NCBI GenBank assembly: GCA_003576805.1
Contig: QEVM01000001.1
Coordinates: forward strand, 2,646 to 66,645
Length of the DNA: 64,000 bases
Source of the DNA: Pseudomonadota bacterium
GTDB lineage: Bacteria > Myxococcota_A > UBA9160 > PR03
Reading direction: 5' to 3'
The stretch's first letter is position 1, and each line of letters starts with the position of its first letter. Shown piece after piece: positions 10,013 through 19,303 of the stretch. Below the pieces are notes generated by a model that was not told where the DNA came from, searched no databases, and worked only from the letters and a program-made list of their open reading frames with translations. A program made the position numbers and the translations under genes.

Positions 10013-10878
10013 AGCTCTGCACCTTCCATTCCGGCGATGCGACGCGCGTCGGTGTCGTCGTGGACGGCGCCGTCGTCGATCTCTCCGAGGCGGCGCCGGC
10101 GCTGCCGCGCGAGATGGCGGCGCTCCTCGCCGCGGGCCCCGAGGCGCTGCGGCGCGCAGCGGCGGCGGCGTCGAACGCGACGCGCCGGCTCGCGCTCGAT
10201 TCGGTGCGGCTCGCGCCGCCGATCCTGCGCCCGCCCAAGCTGCTCGCGATCGGCCTCAACTACGCCGACCACGTCGCCGAGGCCGGCATCGAGCCGCCGA
10301 AGCTGCCGACCGTCTTCAACAAGCAGTCCACCTGCGTCACCGGCCCGCGCGATCCGGTCTGGATGCCGCGCATCTCGCACGTGCTGGACTACGAGGGCGA
10401 GCTCGGCTTCGTGATCGGCCGGCGCTGCCGCCACGTGCCGCGCGAGCGCGCCCACGAGGTGATCGCCGGCTACCTCGTCGTGAACGACGTCACGATCCGC
10501 GACTGGCAGCTCCGCATGCCGACCTGGACGATGGGCAAGTCGTACGACACGCACGGCCCGATCGGGCCGTGGATCACGACCGCGGACGAGGTCGGCGATC
10601 CGCGCGGCCTGCGCCTGCGCACCTGGGTGAACGGCGAGCTGCGCCAGGACTCGAACACGAAGCAGCTGATCTTCGACTGCTCCGCGATCGTCGAGCACCT
10701 GTCCGCGGCGTGCACGCTCGAGGCCGGCGACGTCGTCGCGACGGGAACGCCGGGCGGCGTCGGCATCGCGATGAAGCCGCCGCGGCTGCTCCAGGTCGGC
10801 GACCGCGTGCGCGTCGAGATCGAGGGGCTCGGCGCGCTCGACAACGAGGTCGTCGCCGAGCCGGAGGCGCTCGCATGA
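10009..10878 (+). CDS. fumarylacetoacetate hydrolase (FAH) family protein
   Basis: KLLAIGLNYADH...DYEGELGFVIG...VNDVTIRDWQ...GKSYDTHGPIGPW...TGTPGGVG. ATGA overlap. Confidence 0.9.
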   Translation: MKLCTFHSGDATRVGVVVDGAVVDLSEAAPALPREMAALLAAGPEALRRAAAAASNATRRLALDSVRLAPPILRPPKLLAIGLNYADHVAEAGIEPPKLPTVFNKQSTCVTGPRDPVWMPRISHVLDYEGELGFVIGRRCRHVPRERAHEVIAGYLVVNDVTIRDWQLRMPTWTMGKSYDTHGPIGPWITTADEVGDPRGLRLRTWVNGELRQDSNTKQLIFDCSAIVEHLSAACTLEAGDVVATGTPGGVGIAMKPPRLLQVGDRVRVEIEGLGALDNEVVAEPEALA

Positions 10879-11522
10879 GCGCGCTCACGCTCCACCACAA
10901 CGGCCTCTCGAGCTGCTCGCAGAAGGTGCGGCTCGTGCTCGCGGAGAAGGGCCTCGCGTACGAATCGCGCGAGGTGAACCTCGTCGCCGGCGAGCAGCAC
11001 GCGCCCGAGTACGTGAAGCTGAACCCGAACCACGTCGTGCCGACGCTCGTGCACGACGGCCGCGCGTTCGTCGAGTCGTCGCTGATCGACGAGTACCTGG
11101 ACGAGGTGTTCCCCGATCCGCCGCTCGCGCCCGCCGACGCCGCCGGCCGGCACGCGATGCGCGTGTGGGTGAAGCGGATCGACGAGCAGCTCCAGCCGGC
11201 GGCGGGCGTCGTCACCTACGCGATCGGCGCGCGCCCGGCGGCGCTCGCGCAGCCCGCCGAGGTGCGCGCCGCGAACCTCGCCGCGATCCCCGATCCCGCC
11301 GCCGTGCTGCCCTACGTGCTGCGGCTCGAGCACCTCGCGATGGCGCCGCTCTTCTCGGACGGCGTGCGCCCGCGCGTCGCCGACTGGCTGGCGCGCGTGA
11401 AGGCGCGGCCGAGCTTCGACGCCGCGATCACGGCGTGGGCGCCGGCGCCGATCCTCGCGCTCTTCCGCGCGCAGGGCGAAGCGGCGTGGCCCGCCGTCGA
11501 GCCGCTCGCGCGCGCTTCCTGA
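10875..11522 (+). CDS. glutathione S-transferase family protein (possible maleylpyruvate isomerase or reductive dehalogenase type)
   Basis: Thioredoxin-like N-domain SSCSQKVRLVLAEKGL...NPNHVVPTLV...ESSLIDEYL. ATGA overlap with the FAH gene. Confidence 0.8.
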   Translation: MSALTLHHNGLSSCSQKVRLVLAEKGLAYESREVNLVAGEQHAPEYVKLNPNHVVPTLVHDGRAFVESSLIDEYLDEVFPDPPLAPADAAGRHAMRVWVKRIDEQLQPAAGVVTYAIGARPAALAQPAEVRAANLAAIPDPAAVLPYVLRLEHLAMAPLFSDGVRPRVADWLARVKARPSFDAAITAWAPAPILALFRAQGEAAWPAVEPLARAS

Positions 11523-11534
11523 GGAGCGCTTCGA

Positions 11535-13301
11535 ATGGAAACGATCGACACTCCCGTCGTGATCGTGGGCGGCGGCGGCGCCGGCCTCACGGCGTCGATG
11601 CTGCTCTCGAAGCTCGGAGTCGAATCGCTGCTCGTCAGCGCGCTGCCGACGACCTCCATCCTTCCGAAGGCGCACGTGCTGAACCAGCGCTGCATGGAGG
11701 TCTTCACCGATCTCGGCGTCGCGGACGAGATCTACGCGCGCGGCACACCCGCCGCGAACATGCGCTACAGCGCGTACTATGCGGGCCTCGCCGGACCCGA
11801 TTCGGTGTACGGCCGGCAGATCGGGCGGCTCGAGTGCTGGGGCGCCGGCGGGCTCGACCCGGACTGGGCCTCCGCGAGCCCGTGCCTGCAGGCGAACCTC
11901 CCGCAGATCCGGCTCGAGCCGATCCTGAAGGCGCGAGCCGAAGCGCTCGCGCCGGGGCGCGTGCGGTTCCATCACGAGCTGGTGGACCTCGTCCAGGACG
12001 CGGACCGCGTCACGGCGACGGTGCTCGACAAGGACGCCGGTGCCGAGTACGCGGTGCGCGCCCGCTACCTGCTCGCGTGCGACGGCGGGCGCAGCGTCGG
12101 ACCGAGGCTCGGCGTCCGACTCGAAGGCCCGCGCGACCTCATGCGGATCGTCTCCGTCTACATGAGCGCGGACCTCTCCTCCGTCGCATGCGATCCCGAC
12201 GTGCTGATCCGCTGGATCTGGCTGCCGGACCGCGGCGTCTTCGGCACGCTGGTTCCGATGGGGCCCGATGCCTGGGGCCCCGCCTCGGAGGAGTGGGTCT
12301 TCCATCTCGACTACGAGAACCAGGACACGCGCGCGCTCGACGACACGCGCGTCGTCGCCGACATGAAGGCGGCGCTCGGCCTCTCCGGCGTCGATCCGAA
12401 GGTGCACGTGATCTCGCGCTGGTCGATGGAGGGCATCCTCGCCGACCGATTCCGCGTGGGACGCGTGTTCCTCGTCGGCGACGCGGCACACCGGCATCCC
12501 CCGACGGGCGGGCTCGGCTTGACCAGCGCGGTGCACGACGCCCAGAACCTGTGCTGGAAGATCGCGGCCGTGCTCGCGGGCCACGCGGGCGAAGCCCTGC
12601 TCGACAGCTACGAGCCCGAGCGCCGCGTCGCGGACGGTCGCAACGTGCAGCGCTCGCTCGAGAACGGGATGAACCACCTGGAAGTTGCGCGCGCAATCGG
12701 GATCGCGCCCGAGAACGGGCTCGCGCAGAACCTGGAAGCGCTCCGCAGCGCGCTCGAAGAAGGCGCGCACCGGCGCGCGGTGCTCGCGGCGATCGCGACG
12801 CAGTCGATGGAGTTCCGCGAGCACGCGGTCGAGTACGGCTACGAGTACGCGTCGCCGGCGGTGGTTCCGGACGGCACGCCGCAGCCCGCGCCGCTCGACC
12901 CGGTCCGCGTCTACGTCCCGAGCACGCGGCCCGGCGCGCCGCTCCCGCACGCCGAGCTCGACGACCTCGACGGCCGCCGCGTGCCGATCTCACGGCTCGT
13001 GCGGCCCGGCCGCTTCCTGCTGATCGCGGGCGAGGACGGCAAGGCGTGGTGCGACGCCGCGGCGATCGTCGCCGCGAAGGCCGGCGTGCCGATCGACGCG
13101 ATCCGCATCGGCCATCTCGACGGCGACTTCCGCGATCCGCGCTGCGCGTGGCTGCGCCGCCGCGAGATCACGAGCCGCGGTGCAGTGCTGGTGCGGCCCG
13201 ACCGCTTCGTCGGATGGCGCAGCCTGGACGCGGCCGCGGATCCGGTCGGCGCGCTCGCCCGCGCGCTCGCGCAGATTCTCGGGGGCCCGGCCCCTTCGTG
13301 A
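11535..13301 (+). CDS. FAD-dependent aromatic-ring monooxygenase (PheA/TfdB phenol hydroxylase family)
   Basis: VVIVGGGGAGLTASMLL dinucleotide fold, GRVFLVGDAAHRHPPTGGLG FAD motif, C-terminal thioredoxin-like domain. 588 aa. Confidence 0.9.
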   Translation: METIDTPVVIVGGGGAGLTASMLLSKLGVESLLVSALPTTSILPKAHVLNQRCMEVFTDLGVADEIYARGTPAANMRYSAYYAGLAGPDSVYGRQIGRLECWGAGGLDPDWASASPCLQANLPQIRLEPILKARAEALAPGRVRFHHELVDLVQDADRVTATVLDKDAGAEYAVRARYLLACDGGRSVGPRLGVRLEGPRDLMRIVSVYMSADLSSVACDPDVLIRWIWLPDRGVFGTLVPMGPDAWGPASEEWVFHLDYENQDTRALDDTRVVADMKAALGLSGVDPKVHVISRWSMEGILADRFRVGRVFLVGDAAHRHPPTGGLGLTSAVHDAQNLCWKIAAVLAGHAGEALLDSYEPERRVADGRNVQRSLENGMNHLEVARAIGIAPENGLAQNLEALRSALEEGAHRRAVLAAIATQSMEFREHAVEYGYEYASPAVVPDGTPQPAPLDPVRVYVPSTRPGAPLPHAELDDLDGRRVPISRLVRPGRFLLIAGEDGKAWCDAAAIVAAKAGVPIDAIRIGHLDGDFRDPRCAWLRRREITSRGAVLVRPDRFVGWRSLDAAADPVGALARALAQILGGPAPS

Positions 13302-13316
13302 ACTCCAGGAGAATCC

Positions 13317-14231
13317 ATGTCCCTCCACCGCCTCCGCTCGCTCACGCTCGGCGTGCCCGCCGCGGCGCTCGACGCCGTGCGCGGCTTCTACCGCGACTTC
13401 GGCCTCGCCGAGACGCGCCCCGGCCGCTTCGACACGCAGGACGGCGGCGAACAGCTCCGGCTCGCCGAGGCGCCGCGCCGCGCGCTGCTCGCGCTCGAGG
13501 TGGGCGTGGACGACGCCGACGACCTCGGCCGCGTGGCGGCGTCGCTCGCGAAGCTCGGCGTCGCGTGCGAGCGGGACGGCGCGTCGCTGCGCGCGGTCGA
13601 GCCGGTGACCGCGATCGGTGTCGCACTCGTGGTGGAGCCGCGCGTGGCGCAGAAGCCGCCGCCGCCCGTCGCGCCGAACCGGCCGGGCGAGCCGGTGCGC
13701 GTCGACGCGCGCGCGCCGGCCGTCACGGCGGCCGCCGCGCGGCCGCGCCGGCTCTCGCACGTGGTCGTCACGTCGACCGACTGCGCGGCGTCGCGGCGCT
13801 TCTTCACCGACGGCCTCGGCTTCCGGGTGAGCGACGAGATCGCGGGCATCGGCGCGAGCTTCATGCGCTGCTCGACCGACCACCACAACGTGCTGGTGCA
13901 GCCGGGCCCGTTCTCGTTCGTGCACCACACGGCGTGGGAGATGGACGACGTCGACGCGGTCGGGCGCGCCGCGGCCGCGATGGTCGCGGCCGACGCGTCG
14001 CGCCACGTCTGGGGCCTCGGCCGCCACGCGATCGGCTCGAACTACTTCTGGTACCTGCGCGACCCGGCGGGCACCTTCGCCGAGTACTCGAGCGACCTCG
14101 ACGTGATCGCCGACGCCGAGGCGTGGAAGGTGGCGGCCTCGTCGCCCGTGAACGGGCTCGCCGCGTGGGGCCCGCCGGTGCCCGCGTCGTTCCTCGCGCC
14201 GGAGGACATCGTCGCGCTGGCGCGCGGCTGA
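13317..14231 (+). CDS. two-domain VOC-type extradiol ring-cleavage dioxygenase (LinE/PcpA-like by architecture)
   Basis: Two glyoxalase-like halves. LSHVVVTSTD...FMRCSTDHHNV...HHTAWEMDD...YLRDPAGTFAEY metal-ligand pattern. Confidence 0.8.
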   Translation: MSLHRLRSLTLGVPAAALDAVRGFYRDFGLAETRPGRFDTQDGGEQLRLAEAPRRALLALEVGVDDADDLGRVAASLAKLGVACERDGASLRAVEPVTAIGVALVVEPRVAQKPPPPVAPNRPGEPVRVDARAPAVTAAAARPRRLSHVVVTSTDCAASRRFFTDGLGFRVSDEIAGIGASFMRCSTDHHNVLVQPGPFSFVHHTAWEMDDVDAVGRAAAAMVAADASRHVWGLGRHAIGSNYFWYLRDPAGTFAEYSSDLDVIADAEAWKVAASSPVNGLAAWGPPVPASFLAPEDIVALARG

Positions 14232-14242
14232 CCGGGCACGAC

Positions 14243-15052
14243 TCACGCGCGCTCCGCGCCCGGCACCTCCTGTCCCGTCGCGAACGCCGCAAGGTCCGCG
14301 GCGAAGAGCGCGGGCAGCTCCCAGTGCGGCGCGTGTCCCGCGTCGTAGAACTTCGACACGGCGCCGGGGATCTGTGCGGCCAGCGCGCGCTGCTCCTCCT
14401 GCGGGAAGATCTCGTCCTTGTTGCCCCACGCGATCCACGTCGGGCACGAGATCGAGCCGAGCGGGTGCGAGGGCCGCCAGGCGACGAGGCCGGCCAGCGC
14501 GGCGCGCCACACGTGCGCGGGCGCCTTCGCGGTCTCGCCCAGGATGGTGCGCATCACGTCGGCTGCGAGCGGGCGCGACAGCGTGCCGGCCTGAAAGGTC
14601 TCGGCGAAGAGGCGGTCGACCGGATCGACGAGGCCGTCGACGTCGCGTTGCAGGCCGCGCAGCGCGTCGTTGTCCGCGGTGGTCGCGCCGCCGACGAGCG
14701 CGAGGCGCGACACGCGGTGCGGGTGCGAGAGCGCGAGCTCGAGCGCGACGAAGCTCCCCATCGAGTGGCCGCACGCGACGGCGCGCTCGAGGCCGAGCAT
14801 GTCGAGCAGCGCGACGGCGTCGTCCGCGAAGCCCGCGACGGTGTAGGAGCCCTCGGGCTTGCCCGAGTCCCCGTGGCCGCGCTGCGACGGCGCGATCGCG
14901 CGCAGGCCCGCCGGCAGCGCCGCGACGACGCCGGCGAACGAGTACCAGGAATCGACGTAGCCGTGCAGGAAGAGGACGGGATCGCCGTCGCCCGCGTCGA
15001 GGTACTCGAGCTCGACCCCGGTCGGGAGCGCGGCGCGCGAGAGCACCGGCAT
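14243..15052 (-). CDS. alpha/beta hydrolase
   Basis: MPVLSRAALPTGVELEYLDAGDGDPVLFLHG, nucleophile elbow GHSMGS, C-terminal GHAPHWE. Start is Met41 of the ORF. Confidence 0.85.
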   Translation of the reverse strand: MPVLSRAALPTGVELEYLDAGDGDPVLFLHGYVDSWYSFAGVVAALPAGLRAIAPSQRGHGDSGKPEGSYTVAGFADDAVALLDMLGLERAVACGHSMGSFVALELALSHPHRVSRLALVGGATTADNDALRGLQRDVDGLVDPVDRLFAETFQAGTLSRPLAADVMRTILGETAKAPAHVWRAALAGLVAWRPSHPLGSISCPTWIAWGNKDEIFPQEEQRALAAQIPGAVSKFYDAGHAPHWELPALFAADLAAFATGQEVPGAERA

Positions 15053-15059
15053 CGGCGTC

Positions 15060-15461
15060 TCAGATCTCGGCGACGTGGTGCCACATGTCGGCGCAGCACC
15101 TCCACGCGCCGTCCGGGCCCTTGCGGAACGCCTCGTTCGTCTCGCCGCGCCAGCGCTGCGTCGCGCCGCCATGCGGTGTCACCGACAGCGTGTAGTTGCC
15201 CGTCACGTAGCCGTAGTCGCCGGACGCTTCGATGCGGATCACGTCGAGCTGGAACTCGACCTTGCCCGAGTCGTAGAAGGCCTGGAAGAACTTGCGGATC
15301 TCGTCGCGGCCCTCGATGTGCGGCGTGTCGGGCGGCAGCGCGTGGGCGTCCTCGGTGTAGAAGAGCTCGGCGAGCTCGGCGAGCCGGCCCGCGTTGAAGA
15401 GCACGTCCCACTGCTTGCGGACGGCTGCGATCGCGGCGACGGCGGAAGGGTCGCTCGGCAT
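15060..15461 (-). CDS. SnoaL-like/DUF4440 (NTF2-fold) protein
   Basis: AAIAAVRKQWDVLFNAGRLAELAELFYTEDA... pattern. ATG at 15461 is preceded by GAGGAG. Confidence 0.7.
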   Translation of the reverse strand: MPSDPSAVAAIAAVRKQWDVLFNAGRLAELAELFYTEDAHALPPDTPHIEGRDEIRKFFQAFYDSGKVEFQLDVIRIEASGDYGYVTGNYTLSVTPHGGATQRWRGETNEAFRKGPDGAWRCCADMWHHVAEI

Positions 15462-15667
15462 GCGGACTCCTCGTCGGAATGGGCTCATGCTTCCATCGCC
15501 GGAGCGCTCGGGTCAAGGCGAAACGCCGCGCGCGCGGCGATCGCGACATGTCGCGATTCGCGCACGGCTGCGCGGCAGCGCGCGCGACGAGCCCGAAACG
15601 ATCTGCGCCGGCCCTCCGCGATGGAGTAGTCTCGCGTGCGCACCTCGGCGCAGGGCGGCGCGTGCGG

Positions 15668-17857
15668 ATGCCACTCGCCCGGCCGTACCAGAGAGCAGGC
15701 TCGCGGGTGACCGAACGCCAGGACGACCTGCTGGAAGACGGCGGCGCTGCGCGCGCCGGCCCGGTTCCGGCGCGCGGACCCGCCTGGGCGCTGCGCGCGC
15801 TCGCCGCGGTCGCCGGCGTGCTCGCGGCGGCGACGCTCGTCCTGCTGCTCGTCTGGGGCCGGGGCCGCGTGGTCGTCGAGCTCGCGTGGTTCAACGCGTT
15901 CGTCTTCACGCTGCAGGCGGTGACCTGCGCGGCCACGAGCGTGCTCGTGCTCGGTCGCCACGGCGTGCTGCGCGACCCGGCGTCGTACTGGACCGGCGTC
16001 GCCTTCGCGGGCTACGGAATCGCGCTCGGCTTCTACGTGCTCGCGTGGCCCGGCACGCTGCCGGACGACGCGTCGCTCGTCGCGGAGCTGCCCGGCACCG
16101 CGGCGTGGTTCTCGCTGCTCGCCCCGTTCCTGTTGTGGGCCGGGCTGCTCGCCGCCGCCGTCGCGCGATGGCCCGGCGAGGATTCCTTGCGCGGAGGGCG
16201 CTGGATCGCGTCGATCGCGGCGTGGCTCGGCGGCACGATCGCCGTCTGCTCCGTCGCGATCGCCTTCGAGGCGGCGCTGCCGCCGCTCGTCCTCGCGGAC
16301 GGCCGCTTCACGCCCCTGCTCGGGGCGAGCAACGCGCTGCTGGCCGCGCTGTTCGCCGCCGGCACCGCGATCGCGGCGGCGCGCTCGCGGCGCACGGGCG
16401 ACGGCCTGCCCGCGCTGACGGCGTTCATGCAGCTCGCCTTCGCGTTCGTGTTCGTGTGGATGGCGATCGGGACGGTCCGCTACGGACCGTGGTGGTACCT
16501 CGCGCGCGGCGCGCTGACCGCCGGCGCGTTCGTGGTGTTGGTCGGCCTGCTGGCCGACTACGTGGGGCTGCTCCGCCGCGAGCACGCGAAGTCGCGCCGG
16601 CTGAGCGCGCGCTCCGCCGAGCTGGCCGCGATCGAGACGAGACTTCGCGAGCACAATGCCGAGCTGCGGCGGGCGCACGCGCAGCTCGAGGAGATGGACC
16701 AGCGGAAGAACGAGTTCATCGCGGTGCTCTCGCACGAGCTCCGCAACCCGCTCGCGCCGATCGTCAACGCGCTCTTCGTGCTCGAGCGCAGCGATCCGGC
16801 GGCGCCGCAGACGCAGCGCGCGCACGCGCTGCTCGCGCGGCAGGTGGGCCATCTCACGCGCCTGCTCGACGACCTGCTCGACGTGACCCGCATCGGCCGC
16901 GGCAAGGTCGCACTGCGCCGGAGCGCCCTCGACCTGTGCGCGCTGGTGCGCGAGTCGGTCGACGATCGCCGCGGGCTGATGCAGGAGCGCGGCGTCGAGC
17001 TCGCCGTCGCGTTGCCGCCGGAGCCGGTCTGGGTCGACGGCGACGAGACGCGGCTCGCGCAGGTCGTCGGCAACCTGCTGCAGAACGCCGCCGCGTTCAC
17101 GCCGCCGGGCGGACGCGTGACGCTCTCCCTGACAAAGAATGGTGACGGCGCGGAGGTCCGCGTGCGCGACACCGGCCCGGGCTTCGAGCCCGCGCTCGTG
17201 GAGCGGCTGTTCGAGCCGTTCACCCAGATCGGGGTCGCGACGCCGGGCTGGACGGGCGGGCTCGGGCTCGGGCTCGCGATCGTGAAGGGTCTCGTCGAGC
17301 TGCACGGCGGGCAGGTGTCCGCCGCGAGCGCCGGGCCCGGCCGCGGCGCCGAGTTCACGATCCGGCTGCCCGCCGTGGCGCGGCAGCAGGACGCGCGCGG
17401 CGCGTCTCCGCGCGACGTCGCCGCGGTCGCGCGCCGGCGCGTGCTCGTGGTCGACGACAACCGCGACGCCGCCGAGTCGCTCGCCGCGGTCGTGCAGCTG
17501 CTCGGACACGAGGTGCAGCTCGCGTTCGACGGCGCGCAGGCGCTCGACGTGGCGCGCAAGACGGCGCCGCACGTCGTGCTCTGCGACCTCGGCATGCCCG
17601 GCATGAACGGCTACGACGTCGCGCGCGCGCTGCGCGCCGAGCACGGGAGCGCCCTGCGCCTGGTCGCGGTCAGCGGCTACGCGCAGCCGGGCGATCGGCG
17701 CGCGGCGGCCGAAGCGGGCTTCGACGGGCACCTCGCGAAGCCGCCGGAGCCCCAGGCGATCGAGCGCGAGATCGCTCGCTGCGCCGAGCGCGCGCCCGCG
17801 AAGCGCGGAGGGGCTCCGGTCGCGATCGAACGCAGACGCGACGACCTGAGCGATTAG
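15668..17857 (+). CDS. hybrid sensor histidine kinase (multi-TM sensor, HisKA, HATPase_c, C-terminal receiver)
   Basis: About 8 predicted TM helices, H-box FIAVLSHELRNPLAPI, G-boxes GLGLGLAIVKGLVELHGG, receiver VLVVDDNRDAAES...VLCDLGMPGMNG...K. Start uncertain (15548 or 15668). Confidence 0.85.
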   Translation: MPLARPYQRAGSRVTERQDDLLEDGGAARAGPVPARGPAWALRALAAVAGVLAAATLVLLLVWGRGRVVVELAWFNAFVFTLQAVTCAATSVLVLGRHGVLRDPASYWTGVAFAGYGIALGFYVLAWPGTLPDDASLVAELPGTAAWFSLLAPFLLWAGLLAAAVARWPGEDSLRGGRWIASIAAWLGGTIAVCSVAIAFEAALPPLVLADGRFTPLLGASNALLAALFAAGTAIAAARSRRTGDGLPALTAFMQLAFAFVFVWMAIGTVRYGPWWYLARGALTAGAFVVLVGLLADYVGLLRREHAKSRRLSARSAELAAIETRLREHNAELRRAHAQLEEMDQRKNEFIAVLSHELRNPLAPIVNALFVLERSDPAAPQTQRAHALLARQVGHLTRLLDDLLDVTRIGRGKVALRRSALDLCALVRESVDDRRGLMQERGVELAVALPPEPVWVDGDETRLAQVVGNLLQNAAAFTPPGGRVTLSLTKNGDGAEVRVRDTGPGFEPALVERLFEPFTQIGVATPGWTGGLGLGLAIVKGLVELHGGQVSAASAGPGRGAEFTIRLPAVARQQDARGASPRDVAAVARRRVLVVDDNRDAAESLAAVVQLLGHEVQLAFDGAQALDVARKTAPHVVLCDLGMPGMNGYDVARALRAEHGSALRLVAVSGYAQPGDRRAAAEAGFDGHLAKPPEPQAIEREIARCAERAPAKRGGAPVAIERRRDDLSD

Positions 17858-17890
17858 ACTCGGCCACGAGGACGGAAGGAGCGTTCGATC

Positions 17891-18319
17891 ATGCCCACAC
17901 GCAAGGCGCGCGCGATCTGGGAGGGGAGCCTCCAGAAGGGGACCGGCAAGATCCGTCTCGACAGCGGGGCTTGCGAAGCGCCCTACTCGTTCGGATCGCG
18001 CTTCGAGGCGGGGCAGGGCACCAACCCGGAGGAGCTGCTCGCGGCGGCGCACGCCGGCTGCTTCGCCATGGCGCTCTCGCTGGCGCTCGGGAAGGCGGGA
18101 TTCTCGCCCGAGCGGATCGACGCCGAGGCGCACGTGTCGATCGAGCCGGCGGACGGCGGATTCGCGATCCGCTCGAGTCGCCTCACCTGCGAAGCGCGCG
18201 TGCCCGGCATCGACGAGGCGACCTTCGCGCGACACGCGGAGGAGACGAAGCTCGGCTGTCCCGTCTCGAAGGCGCTCGCCAGCATCGAGATCACGCTGGA
18301 GGCGCGGCTGACTCGCTGA
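17891..18319 (+). CDS. osmC: OsmC family peroxiredoxin
   Basis: TNPEELLAAAHAGCFAMAL...KLGCPVSKAL, the two conserved Cys. GGAAGGAG RBS. Confidence 0.9.
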   Translation: MPTRKARAIWEGSLQKGTGKIRLDSGACEAPYSFGSRFEAGQGTNPEELLAAAHAGCFAMALSLALGKAGFSPERIDAEAHVSIEPADGGFAIRSSRLTCEARVPGIDEATFARHAEETKLGCPVSKALASIEITLEARLTR

Positions 18320-18359
18320 GTGGGCGCACGCTGGCGGCGGCGAACCTGCGCGAGCGCGG

Positions 18360-18797
18360 CTACGACGCCTCGAGCAGCTCGCGCAGCGGCCGGCGACGCC
18401 TCGCGACGAGATCTGCGAGCGTATGGCGGTCGAGCACCGCGAGGAAGGCGGCGAGCGCCTCGTGCAACACGCCGCGCAGTCCGCACGCCGGCTCGATCGC
18501 ACACAGGCTGCGCCCCGGATCGAAGCACTCGACGAGCGCCATGCTCTCCTCCGTCGAGCGGATCACGTCGCCGACGCCGATCTCCTCCGGACGGCGCGCC
18601 AGCCGCAAGCCCCCCCGGCGCCCTCGGACCGTCTCCACGTAGCCGCGCAGGCCGAGGTGATGCACCACCTTCATGAGGTGGGCCTTCGAGATGTCGAAGC
18701 GCCGGGCGATCTCCTCGATCGTCACGAGGCGCTCGGGCTCGAGCGCGAGGTACGTCAGCACGCGAAGCGTGTAGTCGCTGAAGTAGGTGAGCTGCAC
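18360..18797 (-). CDS. Rrf2 family transcriptional regulator (NsrR/IscR-like, 3-Cys cluster ligands)
   Basis: MQLTYFSDYTLRVLTYLA...ISKAHLMKVVHHL... and C-x7-C-x5-C (CFDPGRSLCAIEPAC). GTG start. Confidence 0.9.
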   Translation of the reverse strand: MQLTYFSDYTLRVLTYLALEPERLVTIEEIARRFDISKAHLMKVVHHLGLRGYVETVRGRRGGLRLARRPEEIGVGDVIRSTEESMALVECFDPGRSLCAIEPACGLRGVLHEALAAFLAVLDRHTLADLVARRRRPLRELLEAS

Positions 18798-18834
18798 GGG
18801 CCTCCGCTCTCGTTGCAGTCGTGGTAGAAAGGAC

Positions 18835-18847
18835 TATACCGCGTATA
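18835..18847. promoter_or_regulatory. inverted repeat TATAC-CGC-GTATA in the Rrf2/cupin divergent intergenic region (candidate operator)
   Basis: Seen directly. It is the only AT-rich symmetric element between the divergent starts at 18797 and 18868. Confidence 0.35.
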
Positions 18848-18867
18848 TCTTATTCGGAGGAGCCGCC

Positions 18868-19293
18868 GTGCTGACCGAATTCTCGCGTCCGTTCCGCCCG
18901 ATCGAGCTGAGCCCGGAGACGCTCGCGTTCTTCTCGTTGCCGGCGCTCGCCGAAGGCCTGAAGCGCGAGGACGAGTACCTGCGCAGCGGCGTGTCGGCGA
19001 TCACGCTCGCGCGCGACGAGCACGTGACGCTCGTGCTCGTCGCGTTGCGCAAGGGCGCGGTGATGCGCGAGCACCGGGCGCCTTCGGCGGCGAGCGTGGT
19101 GGTGCTCTCCGGTCGCGTGGACTTCACGGGAGGCGACGGCGCCAGCGCCACGCTCGAGCCGGGATCGCTGGCCTGCTTCTCCGCCGACGTGGCGCACGCC
19201 GTCGAGGCGCGCGAGGACGCCGTGTATCTCGTGAACATCGGCGGCCGCAGCCGCCCGAGCGCCGCCGCGCCCGCCGATTCCACCCCGCAGTGA
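18868..19293 (+). CDS. cupin domain protein
   Basis: GAVMREHRAPSAASVVVLSGRVDF...GSLACFSADVAHAVEA cupin motifs. GTG preceded by GGAGGAG. Confidence 0.7.
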   Translation: MLTEFSRPFRPIELSPETLAFFSLPALAEGLKREDEYLRSGVSAITLARDEHVTLVLVALRKGAVMREHRAPSAASVVVLSGRVDFTGGDGASATLEPGSLACFSADVAHAVEAREDAVYLVNIGGRSRPSAAAPADSTPQ

Positions 19294-19303
19294 GGAGACT
19301 CCG

